From: Candidatus Jacksonbacteria bacterium
GTDB taxonomy: Bacteria; Patescibacteriota; Patescibacteriia; UBA9629; GWA2-43-13
Reading direction: 5' to 3'
Assembly: GCA_018698735.1 (NCBI GenBank)
Contig: JABIPD010000110.1
Span: 1 to 33,147 of the forward strand
Length of the DNA: 33,147 nucleotides
In this document: piece after piece, positions 9,010 through 17,318 of the stretch
Numbering within the stretch: position 1 is the first letter of the stretch
Layout: every line of letters begins with the position of its first letter
The notes under the pieces: generated by a model
Seen by the model: the letters and a program-made list of their open reading frames with translations, nothing else
Databases searched by the model: none
What the model was told of the DNA's origin: nothing
Translations under genes and position numbers: made by a program

Positions 9010-12000
9010 ATGTCGTCATCGTCGTCCTCTTCCTCTTCTTCCAAAACAACCGCAAAAGTAGAGCGGTTAAATGGATATTATGCAAAAGTTACTGTTCCGT
9101 CGGAGGCTATTCCTCATTTAAAGGAACAAACTGGAATGCGATTTACTCGCAGATTTACTCGCCCTGGTGTTGATCCGCTCGAAGAAATTACCTACGAAAA
9201 GCGGACAACAAAAATTACAAATCCAGATGGGTCTATTGTTTTTGAAATGAAAGACGCCTATATCCCTGCCTCTTGGACACAGATTGCTGCAGATATTATG
9301 GTTTCGAAGTATTTTCGAAAAGCAGGTGTCCCTCAAACAGACGAAGACGGTAAAGAAAAAAAAGACGATAACGGCGAGGCCGTACTTGGGCCAGAGCGAA
9401 GTGCAAAGCAAGTGGTGGCTCGGTTGGCTGGCTGTTGGAGATTTTGGGGAGAAAAATATAATTATTTTGCTTCTCCAGAAGACGCTCAAATTTTTGAGGA
9501 CGAGCTTAAGTACATGCTTATCCATCAATACGCTGCTCCGAATTCTCCTCAGTGGTTTAATACCGGACTTAATTGGGCATACGGAATAACCGGCCCAGCA
9601 CAAGGGCATCATTATGTAGACCCAGATAGCGAGAAATTAAAAGAATCAGAAGACGCATATACGCACCCACAACCACATGCTTGTTTTATTCAAGCAGTGT
9701 CAGATGACTTGGTAAACGATGGTGGCATAATGGATTTGTGGATACGAGAATCGCGTCTTTTTAAATATGGATCAGGAACAGGAACAAACTTTTCAAACCT
9801 TAGAGGCCGTGGAGAAAAACTTTCAGGCGGCGGGCAATCTTCTGGATTAATGTCATTTTTAAAGATAGGGGATGCCGCAGCTGGGGCTATTAAATCTGGA
9901 GGAACAACCCGAAGAGCCGCAAAAATGGTGTGTTTAGATCTTGACCATCCAGAAATAGAAGGCTTTATTAACTGGAAGGTAAAAGAAGAGAAAAAAGTAG
10001 CTGCTCTTATTTCTGCTGGATATGATTCCCATTTTGAAGGCGAGGCGTATCAGACTGTTACTGGCCAAAATTCAAATAATTCTATCCGCGTTCCTCATGC
10101 ATTCATGCACGAGCTCGATAAAGACGGATCGTGGAATTTGGTTGCCAGGACCGATGGCTCTATTATGAAAGAAATGCCAGCCAAAGAATTATGGGATCAG
10201 GTTGCCCATGCTGCTTGGGTTTGCGCAGATCCAGGGGTGCAATACGACGACACCATTAATGAATGGCACACATGCGCACAATCTGGGCGTATTCGAGCGT
10301 CGAATCCGTGCAGTGAGTACATGTTTTTAGATGATACTGCATGTAATTTGGCGTCTATTAATTTAATAAAATTTTACGATACCGAAACACGAAAATTTGA
10401 TGTTGAAAGCTATAAACATGCTATTCGCCTTTGGACAGTTGTATTAGAAATTAGTGTTCTTATGGCGCAGTATCCGAGCAAAGAGATTGCAGAAAGATCT
10501 TTTATCTATCGCACGCTTGGGCTTGGCTATGCAAACCTTGGGACTGTTTTAATGGTGTCGGGTATTCCGTATGATAGCGATGAGGCACGAGCAATTGCTG
10601 GAAGTTTAACAGCTGTTTTAACGGGAGAATCATATTCAACCAGCGCTGAGATGGCGAGCTTTTTAGGACCATTTTCTGGATACAAAGAAAACAGAGAAGA
10701 CATGCTTCGTGTTATGAGAAACCATCGTAGGGCCGCGTACGATGAATCGGAAACAGAATACGAGGGCTTAGAGGTATTTCCCCACGGAATTAAAAAAGAC
10801 AATGCTCCGGAGTATTTAGTGAAAGCAGCTCAAGAGGCGTGGGATAAAGCTGTAGTATGGGGGGAGGAACATGGCTATAGGAATGCTCAAACAACGGTGA
10901 TTGCTCCTACTGGAACAATTGGGTTGTTAATGGATTGTGACACCACTGGAGTAGAACCAGATTTTGCACTTGTGAAGTTTAAAAAACTTGCAGGTGGGGG
11001 ATACTTTAAAATTGCAAACCAATCTATAGAACCAGCTTTGAATGCTCTTGAATACTCGAAAGAAGAAATGAAAGACATTATGCATCATGTGATTGGAAGC
11101 ATGTCTCTTGACGGTGCTCCTCATGTGAATGTTGAATCTCTTAAGGAAAAAGGTTTTTCTGAGGAAGATATTACAAAAGTAGAGGACCAACTTACCTCGG
11201 TATTCGATTTTTCATTTGCATTTAATAAATTTGCACTCGGAGAAGATGCCTTAAAACGTGCTGGGCTTTCAGACGAGCAGATACAAGATCCATCTTTAAA
11301 TGTATTAGAGGTTCTTGGGTTTAGTGATCAAGAAATTCAGGTGGCTCACAATTATATTTGTGGTCATATGACGCTTGAAGGCGCGCCTCACATAAAAGAT
11401 GAGCATTTATATGTGTTTGATTGTGCCAATAAATGTGGCGACGGGGAAAGATTTATAGAACCAATGGCTCATGTAAAAATGATGGCAGCTGTTCAGCCGT
11501 TTATTTCTGGGTCTATATCTAAAACTGTGAATTTGCCAAACGAGGCAACAGTCGAAGAAATAGAAGATATTTACCACAAAGCGTGGGAATGGGGAGTAAA
11601 ATCGATCGCTTTATACAGAGACGGCTCTAAATTATCACAACCTTTAAATGCCAAAAAAGATAAAAAAGATTCAGATACAGAAGAAGCACAGGAAGAGGAG
11701 GTTCTGGAAAAAGTTGAGACAGCAACCTCTGCTGAAGCTCCTGTGGCCGCAAAACAACCTCAATCAGCAGGAGATAGAGCTTCGTATCAACCAACAGGAA
11801 CATTGCCGTTACCTCTTAGTCTTACTCGTGGAGAGAAACGCCCACTTCCTAAGAAGCGAAATGGTATTACCGTAGAAGCGCGTGTTTCTGGACATAAGAT
11901 ATTTTTGAGAACTGGTGAGTATGAAGACGGGACGATAGGTGAAATCTTTATAGACATGCATAAAGAAGGCGCTGCATTTAGAAGTATGATGAATTGTTTT

Positions 12001-12564
12001 TCGATTGCAATTTCGCATGCTCTTCAGTATGGGGTGCCGTTAGAAAAACTTATTAAGAGTTTTTCGTTTACACGCTTCGAACCTCATGGAATGACAGATC
12101 ATCCTAATATTAAGACCGCAACCAGTGTTATAGATTTTATCTTCCGGATTCTTGCAATGGAATATTTAGGAAGAACCGATTTGGTGCATGTTACTCCGGA
12201 GCAAACCGGAACAGTAATTCGAGTTCAAGAAGTTGCCGAACAGCAAAAGGTTCAGCTCGATATTATTGATCATCCTGTTGAAGAAGTAGGTAGCGTAGAA
12301 GAAAAAAGAGAGGAAGTGAAAGAACCGATAGCAGAAGCGGAGGTAATGGCTGAACCTGAAGTTGAAAAAGAACCTACTGCTGTTTCAGATGGCCCAGGCG
12401 CACTATCAGAAAAAGGATCGACGTCTGACGCTTCTATGGTGAATAAATTTATGAGTGATATGATGGGAGATGCTCCTGCCTGCGACCAATGTGGGCATAT
12501 TACTGTTCGAAATGGCTCGTGTTACAAATGTCTTAATTGTGGAAATTCACTCGGGTGTTCGTAA
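9010..12564 (+). CDS. nrdJ: Class II (adenosylcobalamin-dependent) ribonucleotide reductase with C-terminal TSCPD/zinc domain
   Basis: PNSPQWFN, PHACFI, ASNPCSEY (thiyl Cys), IAPTGTI, GSISKTVN, LYRDGSK, C-terminal CDQC...CYKCLNCG..GCS; downstream of nrdR. Confidence 0.96.
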   Translation: MSSSSSSSSSSKTTAKVERLNGYYAKVTVPSEAIPHLKEQTGMRFTRRFTRPGVDPLEEITYEKRTTKITNPDGSIVFEMKDAYIPASWTQIAADIMVSKYFRKAGVPQTDEDGKEKKDDNGEAVLGPERSAKQVVARLAGCWRFWGEKYNYFASPEDAQIFEDELKYMLIHQYAAPNSPQWFNTGLNWAYGITGPAQGHHYVDPDSEKLKESEDAYTHPQPHACFIQAVSDDLVNDGGIMDLWIRESRLFKYGSGTGTNFSNLRGRGEKLSGGGQSSGLMSFLKIGDAAAGAIKSGGTTRRAAKMVCLDLDHPEIEGFINWKVKEEKKVAALISAGYDSHFEGEAYQTVTGQNSNNSIRVPHAFMHELDKDGSWNLVARTDGSIMKEMPAKELWDQVAHAAWVCADPGVQYDDTINEWHTCAQSGRIRASNPCSEYMFLDDTACNLASINLIKFYDTETRKFDVESYKHAIRLWTVVLEISVLMAQYPSKEIAERSFIYRTLGLGYANLGTVLMVSGIPYDSDEARAIAGSLTAVLTGESYSTSAEMASFLGPFSGYKENREDMLRVMRNHRRAAYDESETEYEGLEVFPHGIKKDNAPEYLVKAAQEAWDKAVVWGEEHGYRNAQTTVIAPTGTIGLLMDCDTTGVEPDFALVKFKKLAGGGYFKIANQSIEPALNALEYSKEEMKDIMHHVIGSMSLDGAPHVNVESLKEKGFSEEDITKVEDQLTSVFDFSFAFNKFALGEDALKRAGLSDEQIQDPSLNVLEVLGFSDQEIQVAHNYICGHMTLEGAPHIKDEHLYVFDCANKCGDGERFIEPMAHVKMMAAVQPFISGSISKTVNLPNEATVEEIEDIYHKAWEWGVKSIALYRDGSKLSQPLNAKKDKKDSDTEEAQEEEVLEKVETATSAEAPVAAKQPQSAGDRASYQPTGTLPLPLSLTRGEKRPLPKKRNGITVEARVSGHKIFLRTGEYEDGTIGEIFIDMHKEGAAFRSMMNCFSIAISHALQYGVPLEKLIKSFSFTRFEPHGMTDHPNIKTATSVIDFIFRILAMEYLGRTDLVHVTPEQTGTVIRVQEVAEQQKVQLDIIDHPVEEVGSVEEKREEVKEPIAEAEVMAEPEVEKEPTAVSDGPGALSEKGSTSDASMVNKFMSDMMGDAPACDQCGHITVRNGSCYKCLNCGNSLGCS

Positions 12565-12626
12565 AAAAAAAATCAACAATTTGTTTCTTATTTCGTATTT
12601 TAGATTTCTGATTTAGCTCAATCTCT

Positions 12627-13082
12627 ATGACTTTTCCTTGGAAAAAACATTCAACCCTTGGGCCTATTGTTGTGTTTTTAGCAATCATTATTGCCTTTGT
12701 TATAGGCTACGATATAGGCTCTGCTCCTGTAATTAAGGCGCCTTCGTCTCTCAACGAAGTTACGTCTTCGGAAGTTTCTCTTATGTTCGATTTTGGAGAC
12801 GGAAATATTACCTCTGAAGTTTTCGACATTTCTAAATATGATTCATCAACTGTCTGGAGTATTACTCAGTCGTTAGCAAAAAAAGAGGGGATAGAAGTGT
12901 CGTTTAAGGAATATGATTCGCTTGGAGTGTTGGTTGAGGCAATAGATAATTACAGGAATTCTGGTGTAGAAAAAGCATGGCAATACTGGGTTAATAATGA
13001 ATATGCAACGGTAAGCTCTTCACTCTATACCCTCTCCGGTGGGGAAGTGGTCATGTGGAAATATGTAGAAGGGCAATTATAG
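12627..13082 (+). CDS. Membrane-anchored DUF4430 / transcobalamin-like C-terminal domain protein (putative cobalamin-binding)
   Basis: N-terminal TM anchor; GVLVEAIDNYRN...WQYWVNNEYATVSSSLYTLSGGEVVMWKY resembles the DUF4430 signature (recognised by eye). Confidence 0.8.
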   Translation: MTFPWKKHSTLGPIVVFLAIIIAFVIGYDIGSAPVIKAPSSLNEVTSSEVSLMFDFGDGNITSEVFDISKYDSSTVWSITQSLAKKEGIEVSFKEYDSLGVLVEAIDNYRNSGVEKAWQYWVNNEYATVSSSLYTLSGGEVVMWKYVEGQL

Positions 13083-13157
13083 ACAAATAAATTTGACGAA
13101 CCAGATTTGATCACGGTATGATGGAACGTCTGTTTTTATCTTGCAAAAAAACACTGT

Positions 13158-13694
13158 ATGAAATCAAAAAATATCTCAATTATTGTGTGGGCAGCGGCAA
13201 TTGTTATGGCGCTCGTTGTTTCTCGCATACTCCCCCATCCTTGGAATTTTACGCCAATAGGAGCAGCAGCATTTTGGGGTGCCTTTGTGTTTAGGAAATG
13301 GTGGGTAGGGGGTGCTGTGCTTATAGCAGCAATGCTGCTTTCAGATGCCTTTATTGGGTTTTATCAATGGCAAATTTTTGTTGCAGTGTATGGTTCGTTC
13401 GCACTTTATGCAGTGTACGGAAAATTAGCAGCAAAATATTCTTCCTCTCTTTCCCAATGGGGAACAGCACTGTTTGGGTCGTTGTCCTTTTTTGTTATTA
13501 CCAACGCATCGGTCTGGCTGTTTGGAACATTGTATCCCAAAACATTCGATGGCTTAATAGCTTCGTTAGTTGCAGGCATTCCATTCTATAGAAATATGCT
13601 TTTTGGCGATGTTGTGTATATTGCGGTACCTTTGGTCGTTTTTGCTGTCGTTCGAGCTGCCCAAAAAGACGAGCTTGTTAAAAGTGTGGTATAA
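13158..13694 (+). CDS. DUF6580-like integral membrane protein, putative ECF S-component-type vitamin transporter
   Basis: 178 aa, about 5-6 TM helices; RILPHPWNFTPIGA, MLLSD, FFVITN..VW, Y...GL....AGIPFYRN motifs typical of this family. Confidence 0.75.
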   Translation: MKSKNISIIVWAAAIVMALVVSRILPHPWNFTPIGAAAFWGAFVFRKWWVGGAVLIAAMLLSDAFIGFYQWQIFVAVYGSFALYAVYGKLAAKYSSSLSQWGTALFGSLSFFVITNASVWLFGTLYPKTFDGLIASLVAGIPFYRNMLFGDVVYIAVPLVVFAVVRAAQKDELVKSVV

Positions 13695-13723
13695 TATGTT
13701 GATATAAGCAATAGTGTACATGT

Positions 13724-14038
13724 ATGGTTACTCAAACACCAAAAGCAAAAACAGCACAATCTCCACAGCCCGCACAGAAAACAACACTCTCTCAAAAGCA
13801 AACATTAGAAGACGTTCGAGACTTACTCGATCGAAATGAAAGACTTTTGAGAAGAATACGTAGATACTTAATAGGAGCACAAGTTCTTTCAGTGCTTAAG
13901 ATTGTTATTATTTTAGCGCCATTGGTTGCTGCGATATATTTTTTACCACCATTCCTCGAGAAATTAAGCGAATTATCGCCAGGAGGAGGAATACTCCAGC
14001 AGTATCAAGAGTTGTTGCAAGGCCAACCAAAAGGCTAG
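13724..14038 (+). CDS. Small single-TM hypothetical protein
   Basis: Short coiled-coil followed by a hydrophobic segment; preceded by TGTGGTATAAT; 8 bp upstream of htrA. Confidence 0.75.
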   Translation: MVTQTPKAKTAQSPQPAQKTTLSQKQTLEDVRDLLDRNERLLRRIRRYLIGAQVLSVLKIVIILAPLVAAIYFLPPFLEKLSELSPGGGILQQYQELLQGQPKG

Positions 14039-14046
14039 TGTAATCT

Positions 14047-15243
14047 ATGTCTCTTACAGAGAAGCAAAATAATTTTGTTCGATCCGTTATCGCCGGCGCA
14101 GTCGCTGGTTTTCTTGTCTCATTTGTCATGACAACGTATTCAAATCCTTCTTCACCTCCCCCGCCAGACAACTCAAAAAACGGGTCAACATTATCGGTAG
14201 AGGAGGAGTCTCAGACCGTTGATGCAGTAGAAAAGGTTCTGCCAAGTGTGGTAAGTATTGTCGTTACAAAAGAGTTGGCTATTATTCAGAGAAATCCTTT
14301 TTCATTTGATCCATTTAATTTTTTTGGAGGCGATCCGTTTGCTCAGCAGCGAGGGACTGTTCAAAAAGAAAAACGCCAGATTGGTGGCGGTAGTGGTTTT
14401 ATTGTAACCGAAGACGGGCTTATTGTTACCAATAGACATGTGGTGATAGACGAAGACGCCGAGTATTCGGTGGTGTTAAACGACGGCACAACCCATGAAG
14501 CCGAGGTATTAGATAGAGATCTTCTTCTCGATTTAGCGGTTTTAAAAATAGATGCCCAAGATTTGCCGGTTGTAGAACTTGGCGATTCCGAATCAGTAAA
14601 AATCGGACAGACAGTAATAGCGATAGGTAATGCACTCGGAGAATTCCAGAATAGTGTTACCAAAGGAGTTGTCTCTGGATTAGGAAGGAATATTGTAGCC
14701 GGAGATAAAGCTGGATCTTCCGAAAGACTTGATGCTGTTATTCAGACAGATGCGGCTATTAGCCCTGGGAATTCTGGTGGCCCGCTTATTAACTTGGCAG
14801 GCCAAGTAATTGGTGTAAATACAGCCGTAAGCCAAGAAGGCGAGAATATTGGGTTTGCTATTCCAGTAAACGAAGCAACGCGAATGGTAGACAGTGTAAA
14901 AGAGAACGGCAGAATTGTTCGACCGTATTTAGGGGTTCGGTATATACTATTAAATGAAGCTATCGCCGAAAAGAATGAAATTGCAATAGACTACGGTGCA
15001 CTTATAGTTCGAGGTGAAAGCAGGGAAGATTTAGCTATTATTCCTGGTAGTCCAGCAGATAAAGCCGGGTTATTAGAAAACGATATTATATTAGAGGTAG
15101 ATGGCAGTGAAATAAACGAAGAGAATAGCTTAGCTCGGGCGTTGTCGAAATATAATGTTGACGATGTTGTTACCTTAAAAGTTGTTAGTAAAGGCAAAGA
15201 AAAAGATGTTTTGGTTACCCTAATAGAAAGATCACAAGAATAA
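14047..15243 (+). CDS. htrA: HtrA/DegP-family trypsin-like serine protease with PDZ domain
   Basis: GSGFIV, TNRHVV, DLAVLKI, QTDAAISPGNSGGPL catalytic triad motifs; C-terminal PDZ (GSPADKAGL). Confidence 0.95.
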   Translation: MSLTEKQNNFVRSVIAGAVAGFLVSFVMTTYSNPSSPPPPDNSKNGSTLSVEEESQTVDAVEKVLPSVVSIVVTKELAIIQRNPFSFDPFNFFGGDPFAQQRGTVQKEKRQIGGGSGFIVTEDGLIVTNRHVVIDEDAEYSVVLNDGTTHEAEVLDRDLLLDLAVLKIDAQDLPVVELGDSESVKIGQTVIAIGNALGEFQNSVTKGVVSGLGRNIVAGDKAGSSERLDAVIQTDAAISPGNSGGPLINLAGQVIGVNTAVSQEGENIGFAIPVNEATRMVDSVKENGRIVRPYLGVRYILLNEAIAEKNEIAIDYGALIVRGESREDLAIIPGSPADKAGLLENDIILEVDGSEINEENSLARALSKYNVDDVVTLKVVSKGKEKDVLVTLIERSQE

Positions 15244-15251
15244 TCGTATAG

Positions 15252-15284
15252 TGTCATTCAGAGCCTGCCTCAGGCGAAGAATCT
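15252..15284 (+). repeat. GTCAT-family REP-like palindromic element (half unit)
   Basis: TGTCATTCAGAGCCTGCCTCAGGCGAAGAATCT shares its ends with copies at 30735-30790 and 33079-33106. Confidence 0.65.
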
Positions 15285-15302
15285 CTGCAAAATTATACAT
15301 AT

Positions 15303-16401
15303 ATGAATGAGTTAATCCAAAAACTTGAGAACCTCTTGGCACGCATTGGCGATGCCAGGAGGTATCTTTGACCATCCGAAGCGGTTGCAAGAGCTTTCGG
15401 AGTTAGAGAAAAAAATGCAGCATGCCAGTTTTTGGAGTGACCAGGAGGAAGCGCGTAAGGTTTCTAAGCGTGTGGAGCAGCTTCGAGGTGAGCTCAATGA
15501 ATGGGGAAACTTGGAAGATAACGTATCTACCGATCTTGCGATGGCGCAAGACGAGCAAGGTGCGCTTTTAAAAACAGACTTAACAGAACAACACACTCAG
15601 TATAAAAACCAGTTTGAAAAGCTGGAATTTTTTGTATTATTCGACGGCGCGTACGACGAGAGTAATGCGATTCTTTCTATTCATGCTGGGACGGGTGGGG
15701 TAGATGCTCAAGATTGGGCAGAAATGCTGTTTAGAATGTTTACCAGGTTTGCAGATAAAAAGAACTGGTCGTTTCAGGTGTTAGATATTTCTCGTGGCGG
15801 GGAGGCTGGTATTAAAAGCGTTACCGTAAAGATAGATGGTAGGTATGTGTATGGGTTCTTAAAAGCAGAAGCTGGTGTTCATAGGTTAGTGCGAATATCT
15901 CCTTTCGATGCCGAAAATATGAGGCATACTTCTTTTGCGTTGGTAGATGTTTTGCCAGAATTGCCAGAGGTTGGAAATATCGAAATCCCTGAATCTGAAT
16001 TACGGATAGATGTATTTAGGGCATCTGGGCATGGCGGCCAATCGGTAAACACAACCGATTCTGCTGTTAGGATTGTTCATCTCCCAACCAATATAACCGT
16101 TACCTGCCAAAACGAGCGCTCGCAGCATCAAAACAAAGAAACCGCGATGATGATATTACGTGGCAAGCTTGCAAAAAAGTTAGAACACGATAGAGAAAAA
16201 GAAGAACGAGATTTACGAGGCGAGGTGTTGTCTGCCGAATGGGGGAATCAGATACGGTCGTATGTGTTGCATCCCTACAAACTTGTAAAAGACCATCGCA
16301 CAGAATTTGAATCTACCTCACCTTCAGATGTATTAGATGGGGATTTAGAGGAATTTATCGAAGCGTATTTAAAGTGGAAAAAAGAAACGACCACCGGTTA
16401 G
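15303..16401 (+). CDS. prfB: Peptide chain release factor 2, expressed via programmed +1 frameshift
   Basis: ATG 15303 frame MNELIQKLENLLARIGDARRYL ends in CTT-TGA-C (15366-15372) with AGGAGG 3 nt upstream; the +1 frame continues DHPKRL... with SPF anticodon motif and GGQ. Confidence 0.97.
15357..15372 (+). promoter_or_regulatory. prfB autoregulatory +1 frameshift cassette
   Basis: AGGAGG-TAT-CTT-TGA-C, the canonical RF2 shift site. Confidence 0.95.
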
Positions 16402-16411
16402 GACGATGGTC
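16378..16411 (-). terminator. Intrinsic terminator of the orphan minus-strand unit, overlapping the last codons of prfB
   Basis: Minus strand GACCATCG...CGGTGGTC stem followed by GTTTCTTTTTT. Confidence 0.65.
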
Positions 16412-16450
16412 AGGTTGGTAAGTTGGCTGTTCACGAAGCTGCTAGGGAGC

Positions 16451-16774
16451 CTAGAGCTTCGCAGATTTGTGAAGTATGGTTCCTATCGTGAAGAGAAAGG
16501 GGATGACTATCGCTCCCCCTGACAATATAGAGAGACGCCAGGGTAGTCGCTGTTCCGACCTCTGCTTCTTGTAGGCGAGAGCGAAGTAGCACCCCAGCAC
16601 CGACACAAAGATCAGTATGGTCAGTATTAAGACCGCAGCTATCCCATGGGGGGATGCAAGTCGACAGCCTACGAACGACGCCACAAGGAGAACCGTTGGA
16701 TGGATGATCGTGCTTCTCTCGGACATGAACTTGAGCGAGCATCCAACTCCTCGTTCGAACCAAGTTATCGACAT
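16451..16774 (-). CDS. Orphan small membrane protein (~3 TM, 107 aa)
   Basis: Start MSITW chosen from AGAAAGGA SD and absence of overlap with the upstream ORF; hydrophobic segments; GC-richer than flanks. Confidence 0.6.
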   Translation of the reverse strand: MSITWFERGVGCSLKFMSERSTIIHPTVLLVASFVGCRLASPHGIAAVLILTILIFVSVLGCYFALAYKKQRSEQRLPWRLSILSGGAIVIPFLFTIGTILHKSAKL

Positions 16775-16802
16775 CGAGGTGTCCTTTCTTCTGTTTAGCA
16801 GC

Positions 16803-17132
16803 CTAGAGTCCCGCTGCTTGACTGAAGATGTTGTAGGTCCAGTGGAGACAGATCCCGCCAGTGATGGATATTGCCGTGAGAGTGGTAGCTCGAACTCCAG
16901 CCACTCGGCCGACTCGAAGAAATCGGCAGGATACATAGGAGATCAGCAGGACTGCTGCGATCGAGCCGAATACCATTAGCTGTACGAACGTGCCACTGTC
17001 CGATGCAGCAAACCTGGTTATCAGTGACCACCCCACGAGTGAGAACATGTAGAGCGCTTCGAAAGCCCTTTTGTTCACTCGAAAGCGTTGACCGTCGTCC
17101 CATTCGGGGCCGTCACAAGTCTGTTTGGTCAT
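16803..17132 (-). CDS. Orphan small membrane protein (~3 TM, 109 aa)
   Basis: GAAGGGT upstream of ATG; TTGATT-17-TAGCTT promoter-like element near 17172-17200; three hydrophobic stretches. Confidence 0.6.
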   Translation of the reverse strand: MTKQTCDGPEWDDGQRFRVNKRAFEALYMFSLVGWSLITRFAASDSGTFVQLMVFGSIAAVLLISYVSCRFLRVGRVAGVRATTLTAISITGGICLHWTYNIFSQAAGL

Positions 17133-17213
17133 GGTTTTACCCTTCGTAAGGAACGCGTGGACGTTATTTATAAGCTATCATGGGAAAGGTTATAAATCAA
17201 TTGCATCCACTCC

Positions 17214-17318
17214 GTCATTCCGGCCTTGAGCCGGAATCCATGTTTTATGAGAATTAATAAATTTCCTGGATCCCGAGTCGGGGCCCCCCATCACAAGGAC
17301 GGGGCACCGCGGGATGAC
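17214..17318. repeat. GTCAT-family REP-like palindromic element (full inverted pair with nested mini-palindrome)
   Basis: GTCATTCCGGC-CTTGA-GCCGGAATCCA ... TGGATCCCG...CGGGATGAC; internal 15-mer TCACAAGGACGGGGC recurs inverted at 30748-30762. Confidence 0.8.

Noticed and set aside
8873..13157. Cobalamin riboswitch near nrdJ or the B12 genes; intein in NrdJ
   Set aside because: No B12-box (GGGAA..GGTG.AA.TCC..GCCCC..ACTGT) in the spacers; no intein splice motifs or LAGLIDADG insert seen in the RNR.
15325..15369. ORF-track start of prfB, or prfB as a pseudogene
   Set aside because: Explained by the canonical programmed +1 frameshift.
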